Source: an uncultured Bacilli bacterium
GTDB taxonomy: Bacteria; Bacillota_I; Bacilli_A; RFN20; CAG-826
Length of the DNA stretch: 45,073 nt
Direction of reading: 5' to 3'
NCBI GenBank assembly: GCA_905236535.1
Contig: CAJOQN010000073.1
Coordinates: forward strand, 1 to 45,073
The position numbers and the translations under genes are program-made. This document shows, one piece after another, positions 9,033 through 19,410 of the stretch. How positions within the stretch are numbered: position 1 is the first letter of the stretch; each line of letters begins with the position of its first letter. A model generated the notes under the pieces. It made no database searches and had not been told where the DNA came from. It saw nothing but the letters and a program-made list of their open reading frames with translations.

Positions 9033-9060
9033 AATATATGATAATAAAAAAACTTGGCAA
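9033..9060 (-). promoter_or_regulatory. Candidate promoter giving a leaderless or near-leaderless ATPase mRNA
   Basis: On the minus strand: TTGCCA (9060-9055), a 16-nt spacer, TATATT (9038-9033), then 7 nt to the ATG at 9025. There is no SD. The -35 lies in the 3' arm of the upstream terminator hairpin. Confidence 0.35.
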
Positions 9061-9074
9061 AACCAAGTTTTTGA
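9044..9074 (-). terminator. Rho-independent terminator downstream of tadA
   Basis: On the minus strand: AAAAACTTGG, a loop of about 5 nt, CCAAGTTTTT, running into a T tract. It starts 6 nt after the tadA stop. Confidence 0.6.
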
Positions 9075-9079
9075 ATCAA

Positions 9080-9535
9080 TTATTGCCCTCTTTTCTTTTT
9101 AAAGTAGTCAGTGAGAATTTGCGAACACTCTTTTTCTTTAACCCCTTTAACTATTTCGGGTTTCCAATTAATATTATTGGCCTTTAAAACATCAATTGAT
9201 GAACCAAAGGCTCCGCCTTTTAAATCATAAGCTCCAAAAACCACTCTTTGGATTCTGGATTGAATGATAGCACCAGCGCACATAATGCAAGGTTCAAGTG
9301 TGACATATAAGGTGCAATCGACAAGTCTCCAAGAATCTAATTTTTTATTGGCTTTTTGGATGGCTAATAATTCGGCGTGTGAGGTGACTAAATTATTTAC
9401 CTCACGTTTATTATAAGCTTTTGCAATTATCTTATTGTCTTTGACAATAATTGCACCGACAGGAACCTCGTCTAAAGATTCTGCTTTTTTAGCAAGCTTA
9501 AGAGCGAGATTCATAAAGTATTCATCATTTTTCAT
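9080..9535 (-). CDS. tadA: tRNA-specific adenosine(34) deaminase
   Basis: CDA zinc motifs HAELLAIQKA and PCIMCAGA are present, with N-terminus MKNDEYFMNLALKLAKKA. I placed the start at 9535 because the track's start (9559) and its apparent SD fall inside the SRP RNA helix. Confidence 0.85.
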   Translation of the reverse strand: MKNDEYFMNLALKLAKKAESLDEVPVGAIIVKDNKIIAKAYNKREVNNLVTSHAELLAIQKANKKLDSWRLVDCTLYVTLEPCIMCAGAIIQSRIQRVVFGAYDLKGGAFGSSIDVLKANNINWKPEIVKGVKEKECSQILTDYFKKKRGQ

Positions 9536-9544
9536 TAGCAATAA

Positions 9545-9627
9545 GAAACCATCGCACATGACTATGTCCTCTTAAGGCTGCTGTATTCCTACCCTGACCT
9601 GGTTCGCGGATAATCATCGCGATGGCA
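9545..9627 (-). ncRNA. ffs: Small (4.5S-type) signal recognition particle RNA
   Basis: The minus strand reads GCCAUCGCGAUGAUUAUCCGCGAACCAGGUCAGGGUAGGAAUACAGCAGCCUUAAGAGGACAUAGUCAUGUGCGAUGG. It carries the conserved domain IV core CCAGGUCAGG-(3-bp stem)-GGAA tetraloop-(stem)-AGCAGCC (compare E. coli CCAGGUCAGGUCCGGAAGGAAGCAGCC). The terminal helix GCCAUCGC/GCGAUGG closes the molecule. The ends are approximate. Confidence 0.8.
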
Positions 9628-9632
9628 AAATA

Positions 9633-9641
9633 ATTATATCA
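9633..9641 (-). promoter_or_regulatory. Extended -10 promoter element for the SRP RNA
   Basis: TGaTATAAT on the minus strand, ending 5-6 nt upstream of the first base of the closing helix. The -35 is weak. Confidence 0.5.
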
Positions 9642-9650
9642 AAGATAGAC

Positions 9651-9680
9651 AAAAAGAAAACGGAAATAAATCCGTTTCTT
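9651..9680 (-). terminator. Rho-independent terminator downstream of serS
   Basis: On the minus strand the stem is AAACGGA / TCCGTTT (9677-9671 and 9664-9658) with a 6-nt loop, followed by a T-rich tract (TCTTTTTG). It begins 4 nt after the serS stop. Confidence 0.6.
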
Positions 9681-9683
9681 TGT

Positions 9684-10967
9684 TTATTTTTTGACTGGAC
9701 GAATAACTTCGATTCCACCCATGAATGGTCTTAAGACTTCTGGAACAACAACTGATCCATCTTCTTGCTGATATTGTTCGAGAATAGCAGGGAAGATACG
9801 AGAGGTCGCTAAGCCAGAGGCGTTAAGGGTGTGGACAAAGCGTGTTTTTCCGCTTTCTTTGTCTCTATATCTAACCATTCCTCTTCTTGCTTGGTAATCT
9901 CTAGCATTAGAAGCGCTGCTAACTTCTTTATAAATATCGATGCTAGGAATATAGACTTCGATATCATAAGTTCTTGCCATAGAGTGAGAGATATCTCCAG
10001 CTGCTAATTTAGAAACACGGTAATGTAAACCAAGTTTTGTAACTAAACTTTCAGCCTTTCTCACCAATTCTTCAAATGCGGCGTCGCTATCTTCTGGTTT
10101 GGTATATTGAACCATTTCAACTTTGTTGAATTGATATCCTCTAATCATGCCTCTTTCTTCAGTTCTATAAGAACCAGCTTCACGACGATAGCATGGGGTA
10201 TAAGCAAAATATTTTCGAGGAAGATCTTCTTCATTCATAATTTCGTTTCTATGAAGATTTACCAAAGCGGTTTCGGCGGTTGGAAGAAGGAATCTGTGTG
10301 GCTCAATGCCATCAAGCCAGAAAACATCTTCTCTAAATTTTGGGAATTGCCCAGCAACAAAGCCAGATTCTTCGTTTAATAAATGAGGAGGTAGGATAAA
10401 TTGATATCCATCTTTTAAGTGTTCGGAGATAAAGAAATTAATTAATGCCCATTCAAGTTGAGCACCGAGTCCGGTATAGACCCAGCTACCACGACCAGCG
10501 ATCTTTCCACCACGTTCATAATCGATAAGACCTAACGATGTCGCAAGTTCGACGTGGTCTTTGATTTTGAATGAGAATTCTGGTTTTTTATTGATATATC
10601 TAATTGGTTCGTTGTTTTCTTTTCCACCACCTAATAAATCTTCATCAGGAAGGTTTGGAAGAGCGGATACAAAATCAAAAATCTTCTTCTCTAATTCGTC
10701 AACTTCAGATTCAATATTTTTGATATTTGCGTCAATTTCTTTGACTTTTGCAAAGATTTTAGAAATATCTTCGCCATTCTTTTTGGCTTGTGGAACAGAG
10801 GCGGAAAGCTTATTTTTCTCAGCTTTTCCTTCTTCGACGATTTTTAATTTTTCTTTTCTTTCTTCGTCCCACTTAAGAAGTTCGCTGAAATCAGCATCCC
10901 ACAACTTCTTTTTGAGGCTTTCTTTAATTTTTTCAGGATTCGCACGGATAAGATTAATGTCTAACAT
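9684..10967 (-). CDS. serS: Seryl-tRNA synthetase
   Basis: The N-terminal coiled-coil arm is MLDINLIRANPEKIKESLKKK... The class II core includes FREDVFWL, LPTAETALVN, YTPCYRREAGS and HTLNASGLATSR. Length 427 aa. Confidence 0.95.
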   Translation of the reverse strand: MLDINLIRANPEKIKESLKKKLWDADFSELLKWDEERKEKLKIVEEGKAEKNKLSASVPQAKKNGEDISKIFAKVKEIDANIKNIESEVDELEKKIFDFVSALPNLPDEDLLGGGKENNEPIRYINKKPEFSFKIKDHVELATSLGLIDYERGGKIAGRGSWVYTGLGAQLEWALINFFISEHLKDGYQFILPPHLLNEESGFVAGQFPKFREDVFWLDGIEPHRFLLPTAETALVNLHRNEIMNEEDLPRKYFAYTPCYRREAGSYRTEERGMIRGYQFNKVEMVQYTKPEDSDAAFEELVRKAESLVTKLGLHYRVSKLAAGDISHSMARTYDIEVYIPSIDIYKEVSSASNARDYQARRGMVRYRDKESGKTRFVHTLNASGLATSRIFPAILEQYQQEDGSVVVPEVLRPFMGGIEVIRPVKK

Positions 10968-10972
10968 AATAA

Positions 10973-11986
10973 TTACTCCTTATTATCCAATAATTCCTCA
11001 TAAACAACCCTTAATTCATCTCCTAATACATCTAATCCTCTCTTGGTAGCGTCGATGAACGCATTATCCTTTGTAGGAGAAATCTTTCCTGATAAACAAT
11101 CGTTTAGAATAGAAGAGATTGTTTCAGAATATTTACCGATATGACAGTTTTCACCATCAATTAAGAGATCGGAGAATAATGGTTGTTCTCTAATAATTAA
11201 TTCACACTTTGCGGCCATTGCTTCATAGATAGATATAATCCCTAAGGCGTCATAGCCCGCATACATGAAGACATCAGCGTCCAATAACGCACTTCTATAA
11301 ATATCATCTGAAGGAATTGAGACAAAATGTAAATTGCTGGTTGTTTGTTTGATAACACTCTTAATTTTCCAAGAGATACGTGGGTTCTCTTGAAAGAAAT
11401 AATAGAATGTTTCTTTTGGGTGTTTTTTCGCCCCTTTAATGAAGGCATTTATTCCATCGACATTATCAGAACTACCTAAACATGTAATAAGTCTTTTAGA
11501 TTTGTCTTCTTTGAAATATCGATAAAATATTTCTTTTTCATCTATTCTAGATGAATTAAATCTGGTGATGTTCGTGGTTGGTTCAATAACCACGACTTTT
11601 GTGTTTATTCCAGAATTCATTATGAATTCTTTTGCGCTTTCAGATGGAACAATAACAACATTGGCCTTATTCAAAACCCGAACAGCTTGCTTTGATAATT
11701 GAAGTTTATGGTGATACTTCGTGTTCTTATATCTAAGAAAAGAGGCGGAGGGATCAGATTCACAATATAAAGCAGCTATAACAACAGGAATATGCTTTTC
11801 GAGACATTGATTAATCTTGCTTTCTTCGTTTAAAGACATGAATTGGGCAATATCGTATTCTTCTTTGTCCGAACTCACATATTCAATTCCCGAGACCTCG
11901 AGAGCGCCTTTAATGGACTTTCTAAGTCGAGCGCCCTCGAAGTTATCGTATTTTTCACGAGGTTTGAAATAAACCAAAACTTTCAT
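10973..11986 (-). CDS. Glycosyltransferase, GT-B fold (family 4/1-like); acceptor unknown
   Basis: The C-terminal block DVFMYAGYDALGIISIYEAMAAKCELIIREQPLFSDLLIDGENCHIG resembles the GT4 E-x7-E region. The mid-protein VVIVPSESAKEFIMNSGINTKVVVIEPTTNITRF resembles the GT4 linker block. No typical N-terminal Gly-rich motif is present. Confidence 0.55.
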   Translation of the reverse strand: MKVLVYFKPREKYDNFEGARLRKSIKGALEVSGIEYVSSDKEEYDIAQFMSLNEESKINQCLEKHIPVVIAALYCESDPSASFLRYKNTKYHHKLQLSKQAVRVLNKANVVIVPSESAKEFIMNSGINTKVVVIEPTTNITRFNSSRIDEKEIFYRYFKEDKSKRLITCLGSSDNVDGINAFIKGAKKHPKETFYYFFQENPRISWKIKSVIKQTTSNLHFVSIPSDDIYRSALLDADVFMYAGYDALGIISIYEAMAAKCELIIREQPLFSDLLIDGENCHIGKYSETISSILNDCLSGKISPTKDNAFIDATKRGLDVLGDELRVVYEELLDNKE

Positions 11987-11991
11987 GTTAA

Positions 11992-14652
11992 TTATTCTTC
12001 AGAATTTTCACCTGGATTTAAAGCTGTATCATTCTCAAATGATTCTTGTTGTTCAACAGCTTCTGCTGGTTGATCATTAAGGTCTTCTTCTGCTTGTTCT
12101 TCTTCGTCTTCGTGTGGAACAACGGCGATATAAGAAACCTTTTGTCTAGCTTCAAGATTAATAATCTTAACACCTTGAGTGTTTCTACCAGCGATGCGGA
12201 TTTGTTCGATTGGTGTACGAATAACAACACCATTCTTGGTGATGACTAATAAGTCTTCGTTACCATCGACAGCACGGACAGAAACGAGTTGGCCGACTTT
12301 GTCGGTAGCTTTAATGGTGGCAACACCTTTCGCGCCACGTTTTGTCTTACGATAATCGGTAGCAATGGAAAGTTTTCCATAGCCTTTATCGGTGATAGCG
12401 AGAATGTATAAACCTTCTTTAGAAGTAGTAACACCAACAGCGGTGTCGCCTTCATCTAATTCAATACCTTTAACACCAGAAGCAGTTCTACCCATTGGTC
12501 TGACTTCGGTCGCAAAGAAGTTTACCATCTTGCCATTGCTTGCAGCAATGCCAATGATTGTCTCATCATCAACAACCTTAACGTTAAGAAGTTCGTCACC
12601 CTCTTTTAAAGTGATAGCAATCTTACCATTTTGACGGATGGATTCGTATTCTTTGACTGGGGTTCTCTTAACAATACCGGCATCGGTGAAGAACATCAGA
12701 TATTTGTCATCTTCATATTTATTGATTTCAATAATAGACATGACTTTTTCATCTTTTTCAATGTTGATTAAGTTAACAACAGGAATTCCTTTACCAACGC
12801 GGGCATATTCAGGAACTTCGTGGCCTCTCAAACGATAGACTTTACCAAAATTGGTAAAGAATAATAAGTCGATGTGGGTGTTGGTAAATAACATAAAGTC
12901 CACGACATCGTTTTCGTTAGTGGTCATACCACGAACACCACGTCCACCTCTATTTTGTGTTCTGAATGTATCAGAAGTTAAACGTTTGATATATCCGCCT
13001 CTTGTTAAGGCAATAATGATATCTTCTTGTGGAATGAGATCTTCATCATCAATTGAACCAATTTCGGAGGTGATTTCGGTCTTTCTTTCATCTCCAAATT
13101 TATCTTTGATTTCGAGAAGTTCTTTAACCACAACTTCGATTTCGTTTTCACGAGATGAAAGAATATGATTATAGTTTCTAATATTCTCTTCGAGTTGTTC
13201 TCTTTCAGCTTCAAGTTTATGGGTTTCAATACCAGTTAAACGACGTAAATTCATACCCATAATCGCATCGATTTGAGGGGCATCAAATCCAAATCTTTCG
13301 GTCAAGACTTTACCAGCGTCTTCTGGGGTTGCACTGGCCTTAATAATATCGATGATTTCATCAATATTATCGTGGCACTTTAACAAACCTTGGACAATGT
13401 GATCACGAGCTTCTGCTTTTGCTAGTAAGAATTTAGTTCTTCTTTCAATAACTTCGACTTGGAAATTAAGATAGGCTTGAAGAAGTTCTTTTAACGATGC
13501 AACTTTTGGAGCGTTATCAATTAAGCAGAGCATGATAATGCCATAACTTGTTTGTAATTGAGTGTTTTTATAAAGTTGATTTAACAAAACTTCAGGAATC
13601 GCATCACGTTTGACATCGATGACAATACGAATTCCTTCTTTGTTGGATTCATCACGAATATCAGAAATGCCTTCAACAACTTTGTCACGGGCTAATTCCG
13701 CAATGTTTTCAACAATTCTAGCTTTGTTAACAGAATAAGGAACTTCAGTAATAACAATTCTCTTCATTCCGTGTTCGCCACGTTCTTCAATGTGGGCTCT
13801 AGAACGGAGAGTAATAGATCCTGAACCGGTTTCGTACGCGTCACGAATACCACTTCTACCAAGAATTAACGCGCCCGTTGGGAAGTCAGGACCTTTGATA
13901 TATTCCATTAAACCTAAGGTATCGATTTCAGGATTGTGCGCTAAAGCGACAACACCATCAATAACTTCACCTAAATTGTGTGGTGGAATGTTAGTGGCCA
14001 TACCGACAGCAATACCGGATGAACCATTAACAAGTAGGTTAGGGAATCTAGATGGTAAAACAACTGGTTCTTTTTCAGATCCATCATAGTTATCGATGAA
14101 GTCAACAGTGTCACAGTTGATGTCTCTCACCATTTCAAGAGAGAGCTTGCTCATTCTGGCTTCGGTATAACGCATGGCGGCTGCTTCGTCACCATCAATT
14201 GTTCCAAAGTTACCATGGCCATCAACTAATGTATAACGCATTGAGAACCATTGAGCCATACGAACCAATGATTGATAAATTGCGGCATCGCCGTGTGGGT
14301 GATATTTACCCATAACATCACCGACGATACGAGCGCACTTTTTGTGAGGAACGGTTGGATACATTCCGGATTCGTTCATACCATAAATAATTCTACGGTG
14401 AACAGGTTTAAAGCCGTCTCTCGCATCAGGAATAGCACGAGAAACGATAACACTCATCGCATAGTCAAGGAATGATTCTTTGACGGTTGTGGTAAGATTA
14501 ACATCAGAGATACCAGCGACGATTCCGGCCTGCAAATCATTGGAATTTTCCTCTAATTCTTCATCGTTTTCGTCGTTTTCGATCTCTTCAACTTCTTCTT
14601 CGGAATTGGTATTTTCTTCTTCGATTTTTAAATCTTCATCTTCAAAATACAT
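11992..14652 (-). CDS. gyrA: DNA gyrase subunit A
   Basis: Conserved blocks: FLDYAMSVIVSRAIPDARDGFKPVHRRIIY, the catalytic Tyr block AAAMRYTEARM, and C-terminal beta-pinwheel repeats. SD AGGAGG lies 9 nt upstream of the ATG at 14652. There are acidic N-terminal (about 40 aa) and C-terminal tails. Confidence 0.95.
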   Translation of the reverse strand: MYFEDEDLKIEEENTNSEEEVEEIENDENDEELEENSNDLQAGIVAGISDVNLTTTVKESFLDYAMSVIVSRAIPDARDGFKPVHRRIIYGMNESGMYPTVPHKKCARIVGDVMGKYHPHGDAAIYQSLVRMAQWFSMRYTLVDGHGNFGTIDGDEAAAMRYTEARMSKLSLEMVRDINCDTVDFIDNYDGSEKEPVVLPSRFPNLLVNGSSGIAVGMATNIPPHNLGEVIDGVVALAHNPEIDTLGLMEYIKGPDFPTGALILGRSGIRDAYETGSGSITLRSRAHIEERGEHGMKRIVITEVPYSVNKARIVENIAELARDKVVEGISDIRDESNKEGIRIVIDVKRDAIPEVLLNQLYKNTQLQTSYGIIMLCLIDNAPKVASLKELLQAYLNFQVEVIERRTKFLLAKAEARDHIVQGLLKCHDNIDEIIDIIKASATPEDAGKVLTERFGFDAPQIDAIMGMNLRRLTGIETHKLEAEREQLEENIRNYNHILSSRENEIEVVVKELLEIKDKFGDERKTEITSEIGSIDDEDLIPQEDIIIALTRGGYIKRLTSDTFRTQNRGGRGVRGMTTNENDVVDFMLFTNTHIDLLFFTNFGKVYRLRGHEVPEYARVGKGIPVVNLINIEKDEKVMSIIEINKYEDDKYLMFFTDAGIVKRTPVKEYESIRQNGKIAITLKEGDELLNVKVVDDETIIGIAASNGKMVNFFATEVRPMGRTASGVKGIELDEGDTAVGVTTSKEGLYILAITDKGYGKLSIATDYRKTKRGAKGVATIKATDKVGQLVSVRAVDGNEDLLVITKNGVVIRTPIEQIRIAGRNTQGVKIINLEARQKVSYIAVVPHEDEEEQAEEDLNDQPAEAVEQQESFENDTALNPGENSEE

Positions 14653-14670
14653 ATCTTAATTCCTCCTAAA

Positions 14671-16734
<2,064 letters not shown>

Positions 16735-16748
16735 TCAGAAAACCTCCT

Positions 16749-17801
16749 TTATTTGTTTGCTAGATGATATTGAGCAGCATCTTTAACTTCGAGTTTGGTC
16801 GCGGTGATAAAGACTTGCTCAAATTTGTTTAATAGTTTTACCAATCTCAAGCGATGTGTTTGATCAAGTTCTGACATGACATCATCGAGAACAACAATTG
16901 GCCTCTGTTCTTTGTTTTGGATTAAGAAGTAAGGACTAAGCTTTAAGGCTAATGCCACGATCCTGTTTTCTCCTTGCGATCCTTTTACGGCAATATCTTG
17001 TCCATTTAGGCTCATAGAGATATCTTCTCGATGAATCCCGATAGATGTTGCCTTCCTCTTCAAATCTCCTTCTAGAGCGGATTTAAACGCTTGTTTTGCG
17101 CTTTCTAAGTAGTTCTCATCAGGTTTGATGAATGGGGTGTAATTAAGTTTTACATCACTCTCTTTACCTGTGAGCGCGCGCGTTATTTTTATAAGGATAT
17201 CGTTGATATCCTTGACATATTGCTCTCTCGCATTGATGATTGGAAGAGATAATTCGATAAGCAAATCGGTGTATGTCTCAAGGAGTAATAAATCAACATT
17301 ATCACTCTTTAAGCAATCATTTCTTTGCTTTAAAACTTTTTCATACCTTGAATAAATCTCAAGATATTTCGGAGATGTTTTAGATATATTAATATCTAAG
17401 AAATTTCTCCTGGCCTTAGGCGCTCCTTTGAATAAAAAGACATCCTTAGGCTCAAAAAGTAAAACATTCACACATTTGGATAGCTCAGAAATCTTATTAA
17501 CAGGTTTGTTGTTGATAAAGATTTGTTTTCCTTTGCTGGTAAAGGCGACCTTAATTTTGCGAGAAATGTCTCCTTCTTTAATCAAAGCAAATATTTCTGC
17601 GTTGCTCTTACCTTCTTGGATTAAATCTGATTCCTCTTGGGTTCTAAACGATCTCGCAATCGATAAGTAGTGGATTGCTTCTACAACGTTAGTTTTCCCA
17701 ATGCCGTTGTTACCAGTGATGATATTTAATCCTGGTTTAAATTCAAATGTGGAAGATGAATAGTTTCTGAAGTTTTTAAGCGTGAGGGTTTTGATGTTCA
17801 T
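16749..17801 (-). CDS. recF: DNA replication and repair protein RecF
   Basis: N-terminus MNIKTLTLKNFRNY with Walker A GNNGIGKTNVVEAI. Signature/Walker B region SQGENRIVALALKL...IVVLDDVMSELD. It sits in the conserved position between yaaA and gyrB. Confidence 0.9.
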   Translation of the reverse strand: MNIKTLTLKNFRNYSSSTFEFKPGLNIITGNNGIGKTNVVEAIHYLSIARSFRTQEESDLIQEGKSNAEIFALIKEGDISRKIKVAFTSKGKQIFINNKPVNKISELSKCVNVLLFEPKDVFLFKGAPKARRNFLDINISKTSPKYLEIYSRYEKVLKQRNDCLKSDNVDLLLLETYTDLLIELSLPIINAREQYVKDINDILIKITRALTGKESDVKLNYTPFIKPDENYLESAKQAFKSALEGDLKRKATSIGIHREDISMSLNGQDIAVKGSQGENRIVALALKLSPYFLIQNKEQRPIVVLDDVMSELDQTHRLRLVKLLNKFEQVFITATKLEVKDAAQYHLANK

Positions 17802-18019
17802 TTAACAATTTCGTAAACCTTACCTTCGATTTCGATTAAATCACCTGGATAAAGCTTTCTCCCTCTTCTATCTTCTAAGACATCGTTGACCTTAACAGGA
17901 TTAGAAGCGAGATAACTTTTTGCCATCCCTCCGGTCTCAATAATGTCTTCAATCTTAAGAAGAACATTAAGAGTAATATAATCCTCATCGGAACGAATCT
18001 TTACTTGGATTTTTGTCAC
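17798..18019 (-). CDS. yaaA: S4-domain RNA-binding protein YaaA (RlbA-like)
   Basis: The GTG start at 18019 is preceded by SD AAGGAG 7 nt upstream, giving 73 aa, which is typical of the small S4 protein found between dnaN and recF in Firmicutes. The stop overlaps the recF ATG by 4 nt. The track's 105-aa version runs through an upstream hairpin and a promoter-like sequence. Confidence 0.7.
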   Translation of the reverse strand: MTKIQVKIRSDEDYITLNVLLKIEDIIETGGMAKSYLASNPVKVNDVLEDRRGRKLYPGDLIEIEGKVYEIVK

Positions 18020-18060
18020 AAAAAAACTCCTTACTAGCATTATACACTTTATAAATAAAA

Positions 18061-18082
18061 AAGGGAATAAAAATATTCCCTT
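18061..18082 (-). terminator. Perfect 9-bp stem hairpin followed by a T tract, just upstream of yaaA (terminator or attenuator-like)
   Basis: AAGGGAATA, loop (4 nt), TATTCCCTT. On the minus strand it is followed by TTTTATTTAT, then TATAAT (about 18041-18046) and the yaaA SD. Confidence 0.4.
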
Positions 18083-18194
18083 AAATTTTATAGTCCGAAA
18101 ATGCGGAAAAATCACCCTTTATTTGGCATTTAAACATATCTCTAATTGACGTTTTTGCTAAATTTGCTATTTTTACCTAAAACACGAAAACAAA

Positions 18195-18230
18195 GCAAAA
18201 AAGGCCCGTTTTTGATTTAGGCCTTTGTTT
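18195..18230 (-). terminator. Rho-independent terminator downstream of dnaN
   Basis: On the minus strand: AAAGGCC (18226-18220), a 13-nt loop, GGCCTTT (18206-18200), followed by TTTTG. Confidence 0.55.
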
Positions 18231-18249
18231 TGATTGCGTTTATATTTCA

Positions 18250-19371
18250 CTAATAGGTTCTAACTGGAGTAACAACTTGAACCACGGATTCATCTGCTGG
18301 GTTTTTGATAACAAATGGTTTCATCTCTCCAACAAACCCGAAAACAACATCTTCGCTTCCGAGTGCTCTAATCGCGGAAACGACAAATTCGGAATTGAAT
18401 GAGATTTTAAGCATATCTCCTTCGAAGCGATACATCTCAATTTTCTCGTTTGAAGATCCAACCTGGCTAGCTCTTGCAGAGATTGTAACGCCTTCTTCAG
18501 ACATTGTTAAATCAACAACATTTTCTCTATCTAAAGATAATAATTTAGCTCTTGTAATCGCTTTGATTAATTCTTGAGAATTAACTTCTAATGAATAATT
18601 GGTTGTTCGTGGGACGATATTTTTGGTATTTGGATAATCGCCAGCGATTAATCTAGTGGCCACGATTGTTTTTCCAAATGTGAATAAAATCTTCTTATCA
18701 CCAACGGCGATCTCGACCGCGGAAACACCTTCAATCAATCTCGCGACTTCTGTCATCATCTTGGCTGGAACACTAACATTGAATCCGACATCATTTGGAA
18801 CGGACATAATCTTTTTAGCCATTCTTGCAGAGTCTGTAGCAGTGGCAGTTAACAAGCCTTCAAAAGCTTCTAGGTTAATAGCGGTTAAAACAGGTCTTTG
18901 ATCTTTATTTGATGCTGCGAATGCAGTTTGATCCACTAATAAATCAAAATCAGCTGTTGTTAAGACTAAGTTTGTGCCATCAGCTTCTAAATCGAGGTCT
19001 GGGTATTCTTCAACTCTGACACAGTTTAATTGATATTCGGAGCGTTTGTCATTAATGGTAGCAACAGTGGTATCTAAAACATCGAGAGTAATTTCTTTTT
19101 CTTCCATCTCTCTCGCGATATCAGTAATCAACTTGGCATTGATTAAAGTAGCACCTTCTTTGTAATTTCTAATAATTTCGTTATCACCATTTTTAAATGG
19201 GATTAATGTTTTGATGCTTAAGTCGTAATTCGATCCAGTTAAAACCAATCCCTCTTCATTTAGTTCAAGTTTGATATTAGAAAGGACTGCAACAGGATTC
19301 TTTGCTGCTATTGCACGACCAACAATTGTTAAGCCTTTAAGAAATTCTTCTCTAACGATTGTAAAACGCAT
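18250..19371 (-). CDS. dnaN: DNA polymerase III beta subunit (sliding clamp)
   Basis: N-terminus MRFTIVREEFLKGLTIVGRAI. The length is about 373 aa once the start is moved to the ATG at 19371 (SD AAAGAGG upstream). Its position immediately after dnaA is conserved. Confidence 0.9.
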   Translation of the reverse strand: MRFTIVREEFLKGLTIVGRAIAAKNPVAVLSNIKLELNEEGLVLTGSNYDLSIKTLIPFKNGDNEIIRNYKEGATLINAKLITDIAREMEEKEITLDVLDTTVATINDKRSEYQLNCVRVEEYPDLDLEADGTNLVLTTADFDLLVDQTAFAASNKDQRPVLTAINLEAFEGLLTATATDSARMAKKIMSVPNDVGFNVSVPAKMMTEVARLIEGVSAVEIAVGDKKILFTFGKTIVATRLIAGDYPNTKNIVPRTTNYSLEVNSQELIKAITRAKLLSLDRENVVDLTMSEEGVTISARASQVGSSNEKIEMYRFEGDMLKISFNSEFVVSAIRALGSEDVVFGFVGEMKPFVIKNPADESVVQVVTPVRTY

Positions 19372-19410
19372 ATTAAGACCTCTTTTCGATAATTTTATCA
19401 TAGAAGACAA

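Noticed and set aside
9026-9079. 18-residue N-terminal extension of the P-type ATPase in the ORF track (MIQKLGFAKFFYYHIFVY)
   Set aside because: These codons are the tadA terminator hairpin and a promoter-like sequence. The track's start codon directly abuts the tadA stop and has no SD.
9536-9559. Longer tadA start (MCDGFLLL...) with an apparently good SD (AAGAGGA)
   Set aside because: Both the ATG and the SD-like sequence fall inside the 3' half of the SRP RNA closing helix. TadA homologs start close to the MKNDEYFM... position.
10561-11049. 162-aa plus-strand ORF spanning the serS / glycosyltransferase junction
   Set aside because: It is antisense to the Lys/Glu-rich coiled-coil of SerS. 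AAA/GAA codons read as TTT/TTC on the other strand, giving a stop-free Phe/Ser-rich frame. It has no SD and no motifs.
18020-18115. 105-aa version of the yaaA ORF
   Set aside because: The upstream part runs through a perfect hairpin with a T tract and a TATAAT. A GTG with a well-spaced AAGGAG SD gives the 73-aa size typical of this family. Read-through cannot be fully excluded; see the finding on the dnaN-yaaA spacer.
19372-19410. 13-residue N-terminal extension of dnaN (MSSMIKLSKRGLN)
   Set aside because: The internal ATG at 19371 has an SD (AAAGAGG) and yields the canonical MRFTI... beta-clamp N-terminus.
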